DNA of 64,000 nucleotides from Cenococcum geophilum (taxonomy: Eukaryota), in contig CP158635.1 in assembly GCA_050273025.1 (NCBI GenBank), forward strand, positions 12,586,001-12,650,000, in the 5' to 3' direction. Position numbers and translations under genes: made by a program. Shown in pieces: positions 24,291 to 37,823 of this stretch. The notes beneath the pieces were generated by a model. The model saw nothing but the letters and a program-made list of their open reading frames with translations. It was not told the origin of the DNA and searched no databases. How positions within the stretch are numbered: position 1 is the stretch's first letter; every line of letters starts with the position of its first letter.

Positions 24291-27200
24291 GCTCCTAGGT
24301 AGTCTTGTTATAGCCTATCTACTTTACTTCGTACTATATTTTATCGTCTACGTCCTTATAGCTAATAATCTTTAAAACTTACTATTTGTCTTCCTCTTAT
24401 CCTCTATATATATCTGCTTTATAAACCAGTGGCTTAATATTCCTATATACTAGCTCTAGTATTACAATATACTATATAGGGTAGATCTTTATCCTAGCTA
24501 ATAGGTTTAACTTAAATATAACTAATAAAATTTTCTATATAATTTTAAAAGGTCCTAGTCTAACGTAGTCTAACTTCTTACTTAGTCGTTAACTCTTAAA
24601 ATTTTTGTATAATAGCTATACTTTATCTCCCTCCTTAAGATCTAGTCCCTTAGATCTCTTAGTATTATAATACCTTTTTATCTTTTGCTATACTACCTTA
24701 GCTGTTTCCGTAAGGTTTGCATAAAGATTTATTAAACTCTCTATTCTTTACTTAGCTATATTACTTATCTTCTTTACTTAACGTAGCAATAATAAGGTCC
24801 TTAGCTTATATCTATAATTCGCCTTAAATAGTAACGTGCCTATTCCTTCTTATAGTGTTGCATTGTATATAAACTATATAACTAGTAATAGCGATACCTA
24901 ATTATTTTATATATAATTAATATAATGCCTTAGATACTGCTCTAGTATCTAGTTTAATTTTTCCGTGTAACCATTTATCTATAAATAATATACGGTAAAA
25001 GTTACTGCTTAAACTCCTTACTCTGCTAAGAATACTTTCTAAAATGCTGCTATAAATCTTAGATCCCTATCTAATATAATCTTATTTAGTGCTCTATATC
25101 TTATAAATACTTCTTTAATATAGATTCTAGCGATATCTTTTACTAATATTTCTTTTATATATGCTATAAAGTATCCCCACTTTATAAGCTTATCTACTAT
25201 TACTAAAATCGCGTTATAATTTTATCCGGTAATAGGATCTCTTAACTTTAGTAACTTAATAATAAAGTCCCATAATATAACTTCCTATAGTCTCCCTAGT
25301 ATTTTAATAGGTTATAGCCCTTCGTATAGCTTATACCTTGTTAGTTTATTCCTTTAGTAATCTAGATATTCTTTTATAACTTATCTAGCTAGTCCCTAGA
25401 TTCTATTAATAATATACTCCTCTTAGAGTCTTAACACTAAGCCTATATCTCCGTTATGTCCTTAAGTTAGTCCCTTATAAAATGACTTAATAAACTCCTT
25501 TATAATAGTTCTTAGTACGTATATTGCTTTTTAATTCTTATACTACTCTAAGTCTAGATCCTCTACCTATACATTTTAGATCTTTTATATCTAATTACTC
25601 TCTAGTAAATTATAGATCTTTTCTTCTTATATTGCTGTAATTTTTAGATAATTATATCTAATTAATCCGTCTATATCTTTTCGCAATAAAGCCCCTAATG
25701 GCTTTTTATTATTCTATAGTTTAGTCTTTCTACTTAGAGCATCTGCTCGTGCATTTTCCGTACCCTTAGTATACTAAATCTTAAAATAGTATTCTATAAG
25801 CATCTCTACCTATCTAACCTATCTCTAATTAAGTTCTTTTATTATTAGGAACCCCGTTAGGTTTTTATAATCCATTTTAATTATAAATGGTTTTTCTATA
25901 CCTTATAAGAATAATTTCTATTTCTTTAATACTATAACTATACCTAATAACTCCTTATTATAGATATTATAGTTTAGTTCTAGTAGTGTTATTTTTTAAC
26001 TATAGTATGCCACTAGGTGCTATCCATTTTTATATTTTTATAAAAAGCACGCTCCTAGTATATAGTCTAATATATCCGTTTTAACTACTGTCTCTAACTA
26101 TAGTTAATAGATTTTAAGAACTAGCTCCTAGGTAAATAACTATTTAATCCTTTTAAATAGTTCCTTTTATTCCTCCCCCTATACCTATAGTTCTTCTTTC
26201 TTTATTAATCTTATAAGTGGCTTAATATCCTTTAACCATTAAGCTATAAACCTTCTATAGTAGTTACAGAACCCTAGAAATAACCTTAACTATATTACGT
26301 TTTCTAGTTCTTACTAATTTACTATAGCCTTAATCTTCTTTAGATCTATACTAAGTTAGCCTAGTTTAATAATAAATCTAACAAAATCTGTTTTCCTGGT
26401 AAAGAATTTGCATTTCTTAATTACTACTAGCATCTATTCTTCCTATAGTCCCTTTAAGACCCATTTAACGTGTTCTCTATATTCTTCCTTATTTATTAAG
26501 TAGATAATAATATTATTAAAATATACCATAACAAATTCATCCAAGTATTCTTTTAATATATTGTTAATACGCTTCTAAAACGTTACTAGTGCGTTTATAA
26601 GCCTAAATTATATAACTAGTGGTTTATATAGTCCTTCTTTTAACCTAAAGGCTGCCTTCTATTTATCGCCTTCCTTAATTCTAATCTAATAGTATACCTA
26701 TCTTAGATTTATCTTTATAAAGATTTGCGCATTACTAATCCTATTTTAGATTTTGCTAATTAAGGGTAAAGAATACCTATCCTTCCTAGTGATGTTGTTT
26801 AACTATCTATAGTTAATATATAGCCTAAGTTTTCCATTCTTCTTTAGTACGAATAGTACTAGATATCCCGCTAATAACTACAATAGTCTAATATATCCCT
26901 TTTAAAGATTTTTCTAAATAAACTCCTTAAGTGCCTATAACTCCTTTTCTATTAACTTATAGGTCAGGTAGAACCTTAGACTTATTTCTAGTTCTAATTT
27001 TATCTTATAGTCCTATACTATATATTCTAATAGCTTTTCACTTTCTAGTGACTATAACTTTTTGCCATATTTATAGTATTTCTTTAGTATATAACTTAAT
27101 CCTTAATTGGTCTCCTTATATATCGCTCTAACTTAGTACTATACTAACTTAGTTTGTTATTATATATCTCTAATATTGACTTAACCTATAACCTAATTAA

Positions 27201-30200
27201 TCTTTAGATTATATTTCTATAACTAAGGCATTCCTAATACTGCCTTATTATTCCCTAATAGTAATATATTAAAAGACATCTTAACTTATCTCCCTTTAAT
27301 GGTTATCTAAATTAGTTCTATTTTAAGATTAATAATACCTCCTCCGTAGGCTATTAGATCTCCTAAAATCGTTACTAATAAATAAGGGTGCTCTTTTTGC
27401 CTATATAGTAGCCCTATCCTTTTAACTACTGCTAGTAAAATATAGTTTCTTATTGCTTTACTGTCTACTAATGCTTTAAACTGTTAATCTTACCATTTAA
27501 CTCTTAGATTTAGGTGTTGTCCTTAAATTCCTTTAAGGGTTTAAGGCTCTACTATTGGCTCCCTCTAGTCCTATAGGCCTCTACTTTTCCTAACTATTAG
27601 CTGCTTAATCCTATTACACTTAGCTTATTCTTTAGCCAATACTTAATTTGCTTTTTATCTTTAATATACTATAGATAGGTATTTTCTAGATATTCCTACT
27701 ATTGTTATTTATCTAAGCATTCTTCTATAAGGAATCTTCCTAGTTAAAGTATTAAACCTCCTTCCTTTTAGACTTCTGCTAGATACCATCCGTGCATATA
27801 TTTGGCATTTTTGTACTATTGTTTATTTATTATCCAGTATATCCTTATAAGGTATTTCCAATTCTTTTCCTTCGGATTCTTGTGTATTTTGTATATATTA
27901 TCTACGCATATAATCTATAATAGCGTATAGTATGCCGGGTGCTTTAGGTTAACTTTTAACTCGTCTCTATCCTTAAGTTTAAACCTCTATCGCACTAATC
28001 TAAACGTTACGACTTTATTTATAGGTATTAAGACGCGTCTCTTACTTCTTTAGTCCTCTAATTGTTCCTCTAGATCCTTTAATATTATAATTAAGGCTCC
28101 CTTAATATAATTTATTGCTTTTTCCGTAATTAGGTAGTTTTAGATAACTTTTTTGTCTAACTATATATAGAAATCTTCCTATTTATTATTATGTCGTTGT
28201 CTATACCACTTTTAGTATAGCTATTAGAGTATATATAGTCTATCCATAAGGAAGTATCTTCTTATTACTATATTATAATAGCCTTTTATATATCGTTCTT
28301 TGAACCTAGTAGGAATCCTTAAATCCTCTTTATTTTTTAATTTAGTAAGCTACTTAGCTTTTAGTATGCCTATTCTCGGCCTATTAGTGATTTTTTATAC
28401 TAGCGCTCTATCCTTTATATGGCCTAGTGTACTAGATCTCGCGTCTAGTTTCTTTTCTTACTATAAGGTAATTCTTACTCTAAATTCCTCTATGGTTTCT
28501 TTCTTTTCGCGTCTTATAAGTAGATCCTTAAAGTCTTCTTACTTCTTAATCTTAGTATTAAACTCTTAATCTTTAGTTTAAATATCTTGTTTAACTAATA
28601 AGTCCTCTAGGTCTATGTATCTGTCTCCTAATCTAACTACTATTTATATTATAGATTCTCTAATCTATAGCGAAGCCGCTTACTTCTTACTTATAGGTGT
28701 TCTTATTTATACTTTAAACTCTTAACCCCTTAGATCCTTTAATCCTAAGCTTACTTCTTTCTTAAGCTACGCTCTAGCCTTAGTCTAACTAGGCTTTACT
28801 GGTGTTTTTATCTCGTCTTAAGAGTCTTAAATCTCACTTATCTTATCTTAAGAATCTTATGCCGTTGGGAATACTTATCCCGAGCTTATTTGTATATTTT
28901 TAAACTAAGCCGCTGCCCTACTCTATCGGTTTATGTCCGTTATAGGTCCTTAAGCATACCTTATCTCATTTTAAGAATCTTAGTCGTCTCTTATCTTATC
29001 TTAAAAATCTTAAGCCTTTGGCCTTTTGCCTTTATTAAGTGGTAAGCTAGCACTAGCAGTTACCTGCTTGCTTAATCGTCTCTAGATATTACTCCTTCCG
29101 TCTTATAAAGTGATAGATGCCATATTTAACGGTGTTATAATACCCGTTACTAAACCTTACTTTATGGCGGTCTTAGTCTCTACTTTTATTGCGTTATTAA
29201 GGTTTAGATACCCCTAGTTAGTTCCTTTACTATCCTTATCGCTGTTAATTAATAAGTACTTTAACTTTATTATTATTGTTGCTAATTATAATCTATATAT
29301 TGCTATAATATCTTAATCTAGCTTATAGAGTCGATCTTATTCTTTATTTAACTCTTTAGTTCCTTTAAATCCTTTTAACTCTAGCTCCTATAGCTAATAG
29401 CTTATACCGTACTTAGCGTCTTTATAAATTTAGTATATATTATTATAATAAAACGCAAAACTTTTAATTAAACATTCTTTTGTTCCTTATAGTATACTAT
29501 TATTCCTCTATACATATATGTTATATACTATTAGTCTAGTTTCCTTTACTATATAATAACTCTAACCACTTTTATAGTCTCTGGCGTAATAACCCTATTT
29601 TCCGTAATTTATGCGGGCTCTATTTTTAAACTATTACTTTTGCTATAGAGTCCGCTTAAACGTCTTTCGCTGTTAAGATCCTTAGTTTAGCCTATACTCC
29701 TTAGTCCTATAATTACTTAATTCTTAACTTTTAGGTTTTTATAGTTGCTTTCCCTATCTCTTATAGGTTTCTCTAGTATTACTTAGGTCTATTAGCTCTG
29801 CACCATACTATAGTTTTTAACTTAGCTTTGGTTATTGCGTACTCTACATCTTATATAACTATAGAACTCTATCCTAGCCTCTCTTAGCCTATTCCCTTTA
29901 GAAGATCCTATTGTTAATCTTAATCGCTTAATCTATTAATTCCCTTAGGGTATCCACATCTTCTATTAGAATAATTACGTCCTAGACTTTAGCCTTAAGT
30001 CCCTATTTATACTGTGCCATAAGCGCCTTATTATTCCATTTAACCTATATAGTAAGTATTTAAAACTACGTTATATACTTAATTACTAAAGTTCGCTATA
30101 TTAGGTCCTAAAGCTTTCTCTTTACTATAGTTATTACTTTTAGGTCCCCAAATATCTATATTAATTATTTTATAAATCCTACCTAGCTAGAAAACATAAA

Positions 30201-30617
30201 TCGTACCTCTTAATTGGTAGTAGTTATTCCGTTAGTCTATATTTCCATTAGGTAGGGTTTAAACCATTTAAGTGCCTAACCTGCTAAGAATAGTCCCGCA
30301 TAGGCTATCTGATCTATTATTGTGGCTAACTTGGCCCCTTCTTATATAACTTTAAAATGCATTTACGTTAGGAATCCTTTAAGCTTTAATCTCTCCCCTA
30401 AGAATTGTTTAATTAAAGGTAACTTAACCTTTACTGCTCCGATCCTATTAAGTCTTTCTTTAAGTATTTAGTTGTTCTCGTTTAACCTATTAACAATTTC
30501 CTATAACTACCCAACTGTAACTGGTTGTAAGTTAGTGTCTTATATACTTATATCTCTACTTAACCTTAAAGTGGTTGCTGCCGTTAACGGTATTATAGTG
30601 GCTGCTTTTAGTGGCAT
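24200..30617 (-). pseudogene. pol: gag-pol pseudogene of A3 (gag, PR, RT, RH, IN, chromodomain)
   Basis: Collinear with A2 and A4. Restored chromodomain WYEVKWTGYDETTWEPLENLKNA at ~24268-24340. Dense RIP stops. Confidence 0.88.
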
Positions 30618-30657
30618 ATTATTTGACTTATTAAAACCGTAACTGTGGTAGTAATTG

Positions 30658-31077
30658 TGTAACGGAGCCTTATAGTAGGAACTACGGTGGACTTATTAAT
30701 GGGCTAGGTATATAGGTATTAAATAAAGTTAATAACGTAATAATAACTGGTGGAGTGGTTGCCTAATAGATTAACTCTAATTGTATTCTGAGAATCACTA
30801 CAAGGAAGGAACTATCTAGGTAGGGACTAAGAGTCCTTAAATACACAACCGTACTCCTAAGAAAGTCGTTACTCTATCTACTCTGTCTACTCTATTCGCT
30901 CTATTATAGATCTCGCAGATCACACAGATTATATAGATTACATTACGTGACCCTACTTACTATTCCTCGTTATATGGTTCTACGGGTTCTATCCTAAACT
31001 ATACTTATATTAACTAACTAGCTTCTTCTAACTCTTCTCTAAGTAGTCGTAACATCGTACTTAAAGCGTTCGTAACA
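30658..31077 (-). repeat. 5' LTR of A3
   Basis: TGTAACGG...CGTAACA termini, adjacent to the gag leader. Confidence 0.93.
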
Positions 31078-33392
31078 CGCTCTAGTAGGTGACTTACTAG
31101 GCCTAATTTAGCCCTTTTTAAGAGCTCTATCTAAGTACTCTTATAAGATCTACAACTCTTTTTATAAGAGGTTATAGAGGGGCATTTATAGTAGCGTCTC
31201 GCCTTCTTCTAAGTCGATTATATAGTCGTACTTAGAGTTCTATAGTAGCATACTTACTAGCTTATTAGAGAAGATATTAATTTCCTCCTTATATATATCT
31301 AGTAGGCTAGGAGCTACAGAGGTTAAAGCGACTATTATATGGTAGTATGCTTCTAGGAGCTAGTAGAGAGAAGGGTGCAACTAATATGCGTTTTATAGGT
31401 ATACTCGCACTAAGAGTGCATATAGCTTTACTATAGTATACTTAATAATTTAGAGTTTCGATCACCTCCCCCTTATATATAGGTAATCTGCGCTAGCACT
31501 AGAGGGTCTCTACGGGTACTTACTATTAGTGACGGCAGGTCCTCTACTATATTTATAACCGATATCTCTATATCTAGAGAGTCTATATAGGTACTTACCG
31601 CCAGTAATAACAGGTCCTCTATTATGTTTATAACTAGCATAAAGAAAAAGTCTTCTAGCTATAGCAAATAGACTATTTTACTAGCCTTAATGTCTACTAG
31701 GAGAGGGTTAAGGGTAACTATTTAGAGGCGTTTAGGGTCTAAAGTACCCTAGATAAACTATCTAGAAGAGAAACTAATTAATAGATTTACTTCCGTAAGC
31801 TAATCCTATTTAAAAACTATATAATAACTATTAAATAAGCCGCCCTAAAAGGCCTGCGGGCTAATAGTGCGAGAGGTACCCTAGGAGTCGCTAGTAGTAA
31901 CCATTAGATTATAAATATTCCAAATTATTATCTAGTTGCTATTAAGGAAATATATAATAGGTTTACGTAAATATAGCGCGTAGTATATCGGTACGTTAAA
32001 CCTATAGACGATATCTTAATTAATAAGGTTAATTTGGCACTTATTATTATATAAAGTATATAGGCGGACTTTACCCTAGGGCATATCTATCGCAATATAT
32101 ACCATAATGCGTTTCTTCTCTCCCTCTATATTAGGCCCTAGTTATAGTTAAGAGAAATACACTACTAGGGCTTTAGGTTTTCTAAAGGCCAAGCTAACTT
32201 CTCTTTATTAGCCTACTTCTAGTATTCCTTATAGTAGCCGCCTATAGTCCTTTAACTCGCCTACGTAGCACTAGCGTTTAGGGGGTCCCCCTAAGCTATT
32301 TAGTTTTTAGGTAATCTCCCTAGGAGTTTACTTAAAAAAGCGTTGCCCTTTTTAGGTTCTATTCCCTAAACCTAAGTCTATAAAGCCTATACTATAACTA
32401 CGTTTTAAGCGCAAGGATTTACTATTGCCCCCTACGCGGTCTTCCGCAAGCTTTATAGTGTTAAGCAGTTACTCTATATAGCGGATTTTGGTAAAGAGGT
32501 CTTTAGCGGTTCTTACCCGTTTAATAAAGTTTTAGCGGAAAAGCTCTACTTATAGGTAGGCTAAGAGGCGTAAGAACTAAAAGTCTACCTATTACTTAGG
32601 ATTAATAAAAGGGGTATATAAGAAGCGGTCCTCTAAGCTATATATATAGGCTAAAAAGACGTTAAGCCTCTAGTTCTCCTTTATAATAGCTATATAGTAT
32701 ATAGTAGTATTATTAAAGCACATAACTATAGGGTTCCTAATCTAGTCTTAGACTATAGTCTTAAACTTATCCTATAATAAAGGACCTTTATCCTTAGTGC
32801 CTAGCCGTTAATACACTAGTTAAGTAATTATCTTTTTTTAATAAGACCTTTAATAGCCTAGTGCGTGTGTTGTTTATAGTTATAGTCGGCGTTATTAACC
32901 TTAAATCGGTTCTTAACTACGGCGATCCACTAGTTAAAATGCTGTTAAGTTATACCGCTAATATTAGGTAGTAACTTCTTAACTAGGGCGTTAAGATTTG
33001 CTCGGCGTATACGTTCGCTGCGTAACTTATACTCCTTACTAAAGAGTTAATAGGAGGGCTTTATTAAATTAATAATGCTCTATAAGTTAGCTATTTTCTT
33101 AGCTAGCTTATCTAGCTCCTTTAGATTAGTAGTATTTAGTAGAACGCTAGTAACCTTACTAAGCTCTTTTTAAGCCTAGGTATATAAGTTAAACTAGTCT
33201 CTAGCATTTATAGATATCTAATTATTTTAAGATTCCGGAGGTAGCTTAAATTCTACTAGTATGCTTCTAGCAGTTTCGTTTATACTAAATCCTAAGGCGT
33301 TCTGCGGTTATATCGCTAGCGTATTACCGTTAGGTATAGGCGTCGGTTTTCTTTTTAAAGGCACTATAGAAAAATTAAACCGGCTATCCTCT

Positions 33393-33608
33393 TAAGGGGA
33401 TTGGTAAGGATTTAAATATAAGGTAAGGATGTAGATAGAGAGTCTAATAATAGAATAATAGGGTATATTATACATACAGAGACAAATCCTTAAGGGAAAA
33501 GAAGGAGCCTGTGTGCGAGGTAGGAAGGGTTTTCCCTAGGTATATATAGTGCACGTGCCTCATAGGCGAGTTACTCCTAGGTTGCCCTGGGGTCGCCCGT
33601 ACCTTATA
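33393..33608 (-). repeat. Probable 5' LTR of element B
   Basis: gtaagg...ccttata terminal inverted repeat, TATA-like tatatata, lies about 25 bp upstream of the B gag start. No second copy found. Confidence 0.55.
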
Positions 33609-33632
33609 GCTATATAACTATCTACTTAGGTT

Positions 33633-36600
33633 TTACCTAATAAAAAGAAAAGAATTAGAAGTACCCAATAAGGATATATTAGGCGCTAGATAAGTAATAG
33701 TATAGAAATACAAAGTATATACACAGCTAGCATTTAGTAAAAGTTTAGGAGTTAAATAACTTAACGCTTTAACTAGGAAGATTCCTTATAGAAGAATACT
33801 TAAATAAATAATAATAGTAGGAGTGCCTAGAGAATACGTGTCTATAGTATATTAAGGATAAGAAATAAACTAGGTATTAGCTAAAGAGTAAGCTAAGTAT
33901 ATAAGGATCTAGCAGCTAATAATTAGGAAAAGTGAAGGCCTATAGAACTAAAGGGAGCTAGTAGTAGAGCCTTAAACCCTTAAAGGAATTTAAGGACAAC
34001 ACTTAAATTTACGAGTTAATTAGTAAAATTAACAGTTAAAAGTATTAATAGATAGTAGAGTAAAAAGGATGGGGCTACTATATAGGCAAAAGAAGTACCT
34101 TTATTTATTAGTTACGATTTTAGGAGATCTAATAGCCTATAGAGAAGGCATTATTAATCTTAAAACAGGACCTATTTAGATAACCATTAAAGGAAGATTA
34201 ATTAAGATATCTTTTAATATCCTACTATTAGGATGGGATGAGGTAGTATTATAAATACCTTAGTTATAGGAATATAATCTAAAAATCGACTAGGTTATAA
34301 TTTAGGTTAATATTAAGAATACTTAACAACGTAAAAGGCGTATAGCTACTAAGTTAGTATAGTACTAGGTTAGAGCAACCTATAAAGAAATTAAAAAGGG
34401 GTTAAGTTATATACTAAAGAGATACTATAAGTATGGCAAGAAACTATAAAGCCTAGAAAGTAAAAAGCTATTAAAGTATATAGCATAGGACTATAAAATA
34501 GAATTAGAACTAGGAATAAGTCTAAAGTTCTTTCTAATCTACAAGCTAACTAAAGAAGAGTTAAGAGCACTTAAGGAGTTTATCTAGGAAAACCTACGAA
34601 AAGGATATATTAAACTATTATAATTATTAATAGGTTATCCGGTACTATTTATACTAAAGAAAAATAGAAAGCTTAGATTATATATTACTATAGGTAGTTA
34701 AACAGCATTACTAGAAAGGATAGATATCTTTTACCCTTAATTAGTAAAATCTAAGATAGGATAGGTAATACGCAAATCTTTATAAAGATAGATCTAAGAT
34801 AGGCGTACTATTAAATTAGGATTAAGGAAGGCAATAAATAAAAAGCAGCCTTTAGGCTAAAGGAAGGACTATACAAACTATTAGTTATGCAATTTAAACT
34901 TATAAATGCATTAGTAATATTCTAAAAGCGAATTAATAATGTATTAGGAGAATACTTAGATAAATTTGTTATAGTATACCTTTATAGTATTATTATCTAC
35001 TTAATAAGTAAGAAAGAGCACGGAGAACATATTAAATAGGTTTTAAAGAGACTATAAGAAGAACAAATACTAGTAGTAATTGAGAAATACGAGTTCTTTA
35101 TAAAGAAGACTAATTTTATTAAATTTATTATTAAACTAGGTTATATTAATACAGACTTAAAGAAAATAGAAACTATAGTAAGTTGGTAAGAACTAGAGAA
35201 TATCATATAGTTAAGGTTATTTTTAGGGGTTTATAACTACTACAAAAGGTTTATAATATAGTGGTTAAAGAATATTAAGCCATTTACAAGGCTTACAAAG
35301 AAAGAGAAACTATAGGTATAGGGAAATAAGTAAAGGAAGCTATTTTAAGAACTTAAGGAGTTATTTACCTAGAAATTAATCCTTAAAATCTACTAACTAG
35401 GCTTAGAGACGGTTATAGAAATGGATATATTAGACTTTATACTAGGAGTATATTTGCTATAGAAGTATAAGAATGCATAGCACCTAGTAGCATACTATAA
35501 TTAGAAGATAATACTACCGGAACTAAACTATAACATATACAATAAGGAGTTATTAGGTGTGGTTATAGTATTTAGGAAATAGAGAGCATTTTTATAAGGT
35601 ATAAAGAAACTATTTATAGTTAAAATAGATTATAAGAACCTAATAGGGTTTTTAATAATAAAAGAACTTAACCGGAGATAAGTTAAATAGGCAGAGATGC
35701 TTATAGAATACTATTTTAAGATTTAGCATTTTAGAGGAATAGAGAATGCGAGAGCTAACGCGCTAAGTAGAAAAGCCAAACCACAGAATAATAAGAAGCT
35801 ATTAAGAGCAATGCTACGTAAAGATAAGGATATATTAATTAGATGTAATTACCTAAAGCTAGTAGCAACTTATAAATTACTAAAAAGTAATTAGACTAAA
35901 AGAATTTAAGAAGCGTAAAAAGAGAATATAGACTTAGAGTAGTATGAAAATAGAGAAGCAATATATATACTAAGAAGTATTATAAAAGAATTTATAAAGG
36001 AATTCTATTAGGGAATAATATAGGGATATAATAGAGCTACAGGCTTAATATTAAGACTTTAGGAGGATTATATTGTTAATAAAATCTAGGGCTTAGTAAG
36101 AGAAGTTATAAAGAAGTATCTAGATTGCTAAAGAAATAAACTAACGAGGTATAAACTATATAGAAAGCTATAGCCTATTAAAATACTGGAAAGACTATAG
36201 GAAGTTATATTATAGGACTTTTTTTATAAAGTTACTGAAATTAAAGGATCCTATTACCGGATAGGAATATAATATAATCCTTATAATAGTAAATAAGTTA
36301 ACTAAATAGGGCTACTTTATAGCATATATAGAAGAAATCTTAGTGGGGGATATCGCTAAAATCTATATAAAAGAAGTATTCGTAAGACATAGAGCACTAA
36401 GTGAGATTATATTAGACAAAGATTTAAGATTTATAGTAGTATTTTAGGAGGTATTTTTAGCGGAATAAGGGGCTCGCGTAGTAATATTAATAGTATATTA
36501 TCCATAAACGGATAGATAGATAGAAAGATTAAACTAGACACTAGAGCAGTATCTAAAGCAGTATGTTAATTATATATAGAATAATTAAGTATTTTTATTA

Positions 36601-37823
36601 TTAGTTATATAGTTTGTATATAATACGACACAATAAAAAGGTATAGAGATATTACTATTTTAGGCGAATTATGGGTATAAGCCTAGAATATCGCCGTTAC
36701 CGCAATAAGCGAAGAAATTAAGCAGTATAGCGAAGTAAAGAATAGAGATATTAATAAATCTTTATAAGGACCTCTATAGTATAGTAAAGTTAGTATAAAA
36801 AAAGATAAAAAAGTACTATAATACCAAAAGATCTAAGGGACTAGATCTAAAGGAGGGAGACAAAGTATAGCTACTATATAAAAAATTAGATTATGTTAGG
36901 CTAGGACTATTTAAAATTATAGCTAAGATTTTAGAAGTTATGTATAGACTTAACTTACTAACGAAAATAAAAATTTATCTAGTATAGTATATTATAATAC
37001 TAAAACTAGTATATAGAGACGTAAAGCTATTAGTCTATAAAGCAGATATATATAGAGGATAAGCAGAAGATAAATAGTAAGTTTTAAAAACTATTAGTTA
37101 TAAGGATATTAATAATAAAACGTAGTATAAAGTAAAGTGGATAGGCTATAATAAGACTACTTAAGAACTACTATAGAACCTAAAGAAAGCTATAGGAAAG
37201 GTATAGGAGTATTAAAAGAAAACGGGTTATATAATATTATAAAGGAGCTAAAGGTAAAAGGATTAGTTAAAGGCGATAGATAAGCCAGACTATTTAAGGG
37301 ATCTACTACTAACGTATAAGTTATTTCCGCCTCTTCTTAATTGGAATCCTTTTTAGCCTCCCTAGCTTTAAGTTCTACTAAATCTTATTTAGTAAAGTGC
37401 AACTCCTTTAAGCGTACTTTTTCATAACCCTTTTTAAGACGGAGTAATTAAGTACGCGTAGCTAGTTAAGCTTTAAATACTTTCTGCTCTTTAGCATAAA
37501 TCTACTTACTGTTATCTTGGAGCTTTTATACCTTAGCTAGGGCTATAGCCAACTTACCCTTAAGATAGGAGGCAGTAGATTAAATATAAGACCCTATAGC
37601 AAATTAAATAAGGTATATAATAATTATAGAGAATTATAAAACGCGTATACTTAGTATTAGATACGGATTAAATATTATAGAATAATTATATATTTGCTTA
37701 TATATACTTAGTATAAAAAGAAGGTTAGTAACTAGATAGAGCCGTAATTGTAATATATATTAACTTTTTCTCCGTATACTAGGAATAGGATGGTATAACT
37801 TTACTCTATTAAAAAAGAAAATA
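33633..37823 (+). mobile_element. Gypsy family A copy A4: internal fragment from late gag through pol, chromodomain and antisense gene
   Basis: Collinear with A2 (from ~16260) and with the reverse complement of A3. No LTRs. The 3' end is hit by the LINE. Confidence 0.85.

Larger units (their letters stand above)
23072..31077 (-). mobile_element. Full-length gypsy chromovirus family A copy A3 (8006 bp)
   Basis: 420-bp LTRs at 23072-23491 and 30658-31077. TSD CGCTC at 23067-23071 and 31078-31082. PPT (ctatctccctccttttt on plus) next to 23491. gag ATG at 30617. Confidence 0.93.
19678..33608 (-). mobile_element. Gypsy chromovirus family B (gag-PR-RT-RH-IN-chromodomain), interrupted by a solo LTR and by A3
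   Basis: Restored chromodomain WEVEAII..YLVKW.GW (~19760-19885), integrase HPQTDGQTERQN (~20480-20515), RT VYLDDIL (~22710-22730). WIRPSKSPAGAPILF is split by A3 with TSD CGCTC. gag starts ~33368. Confidence 0.82.
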
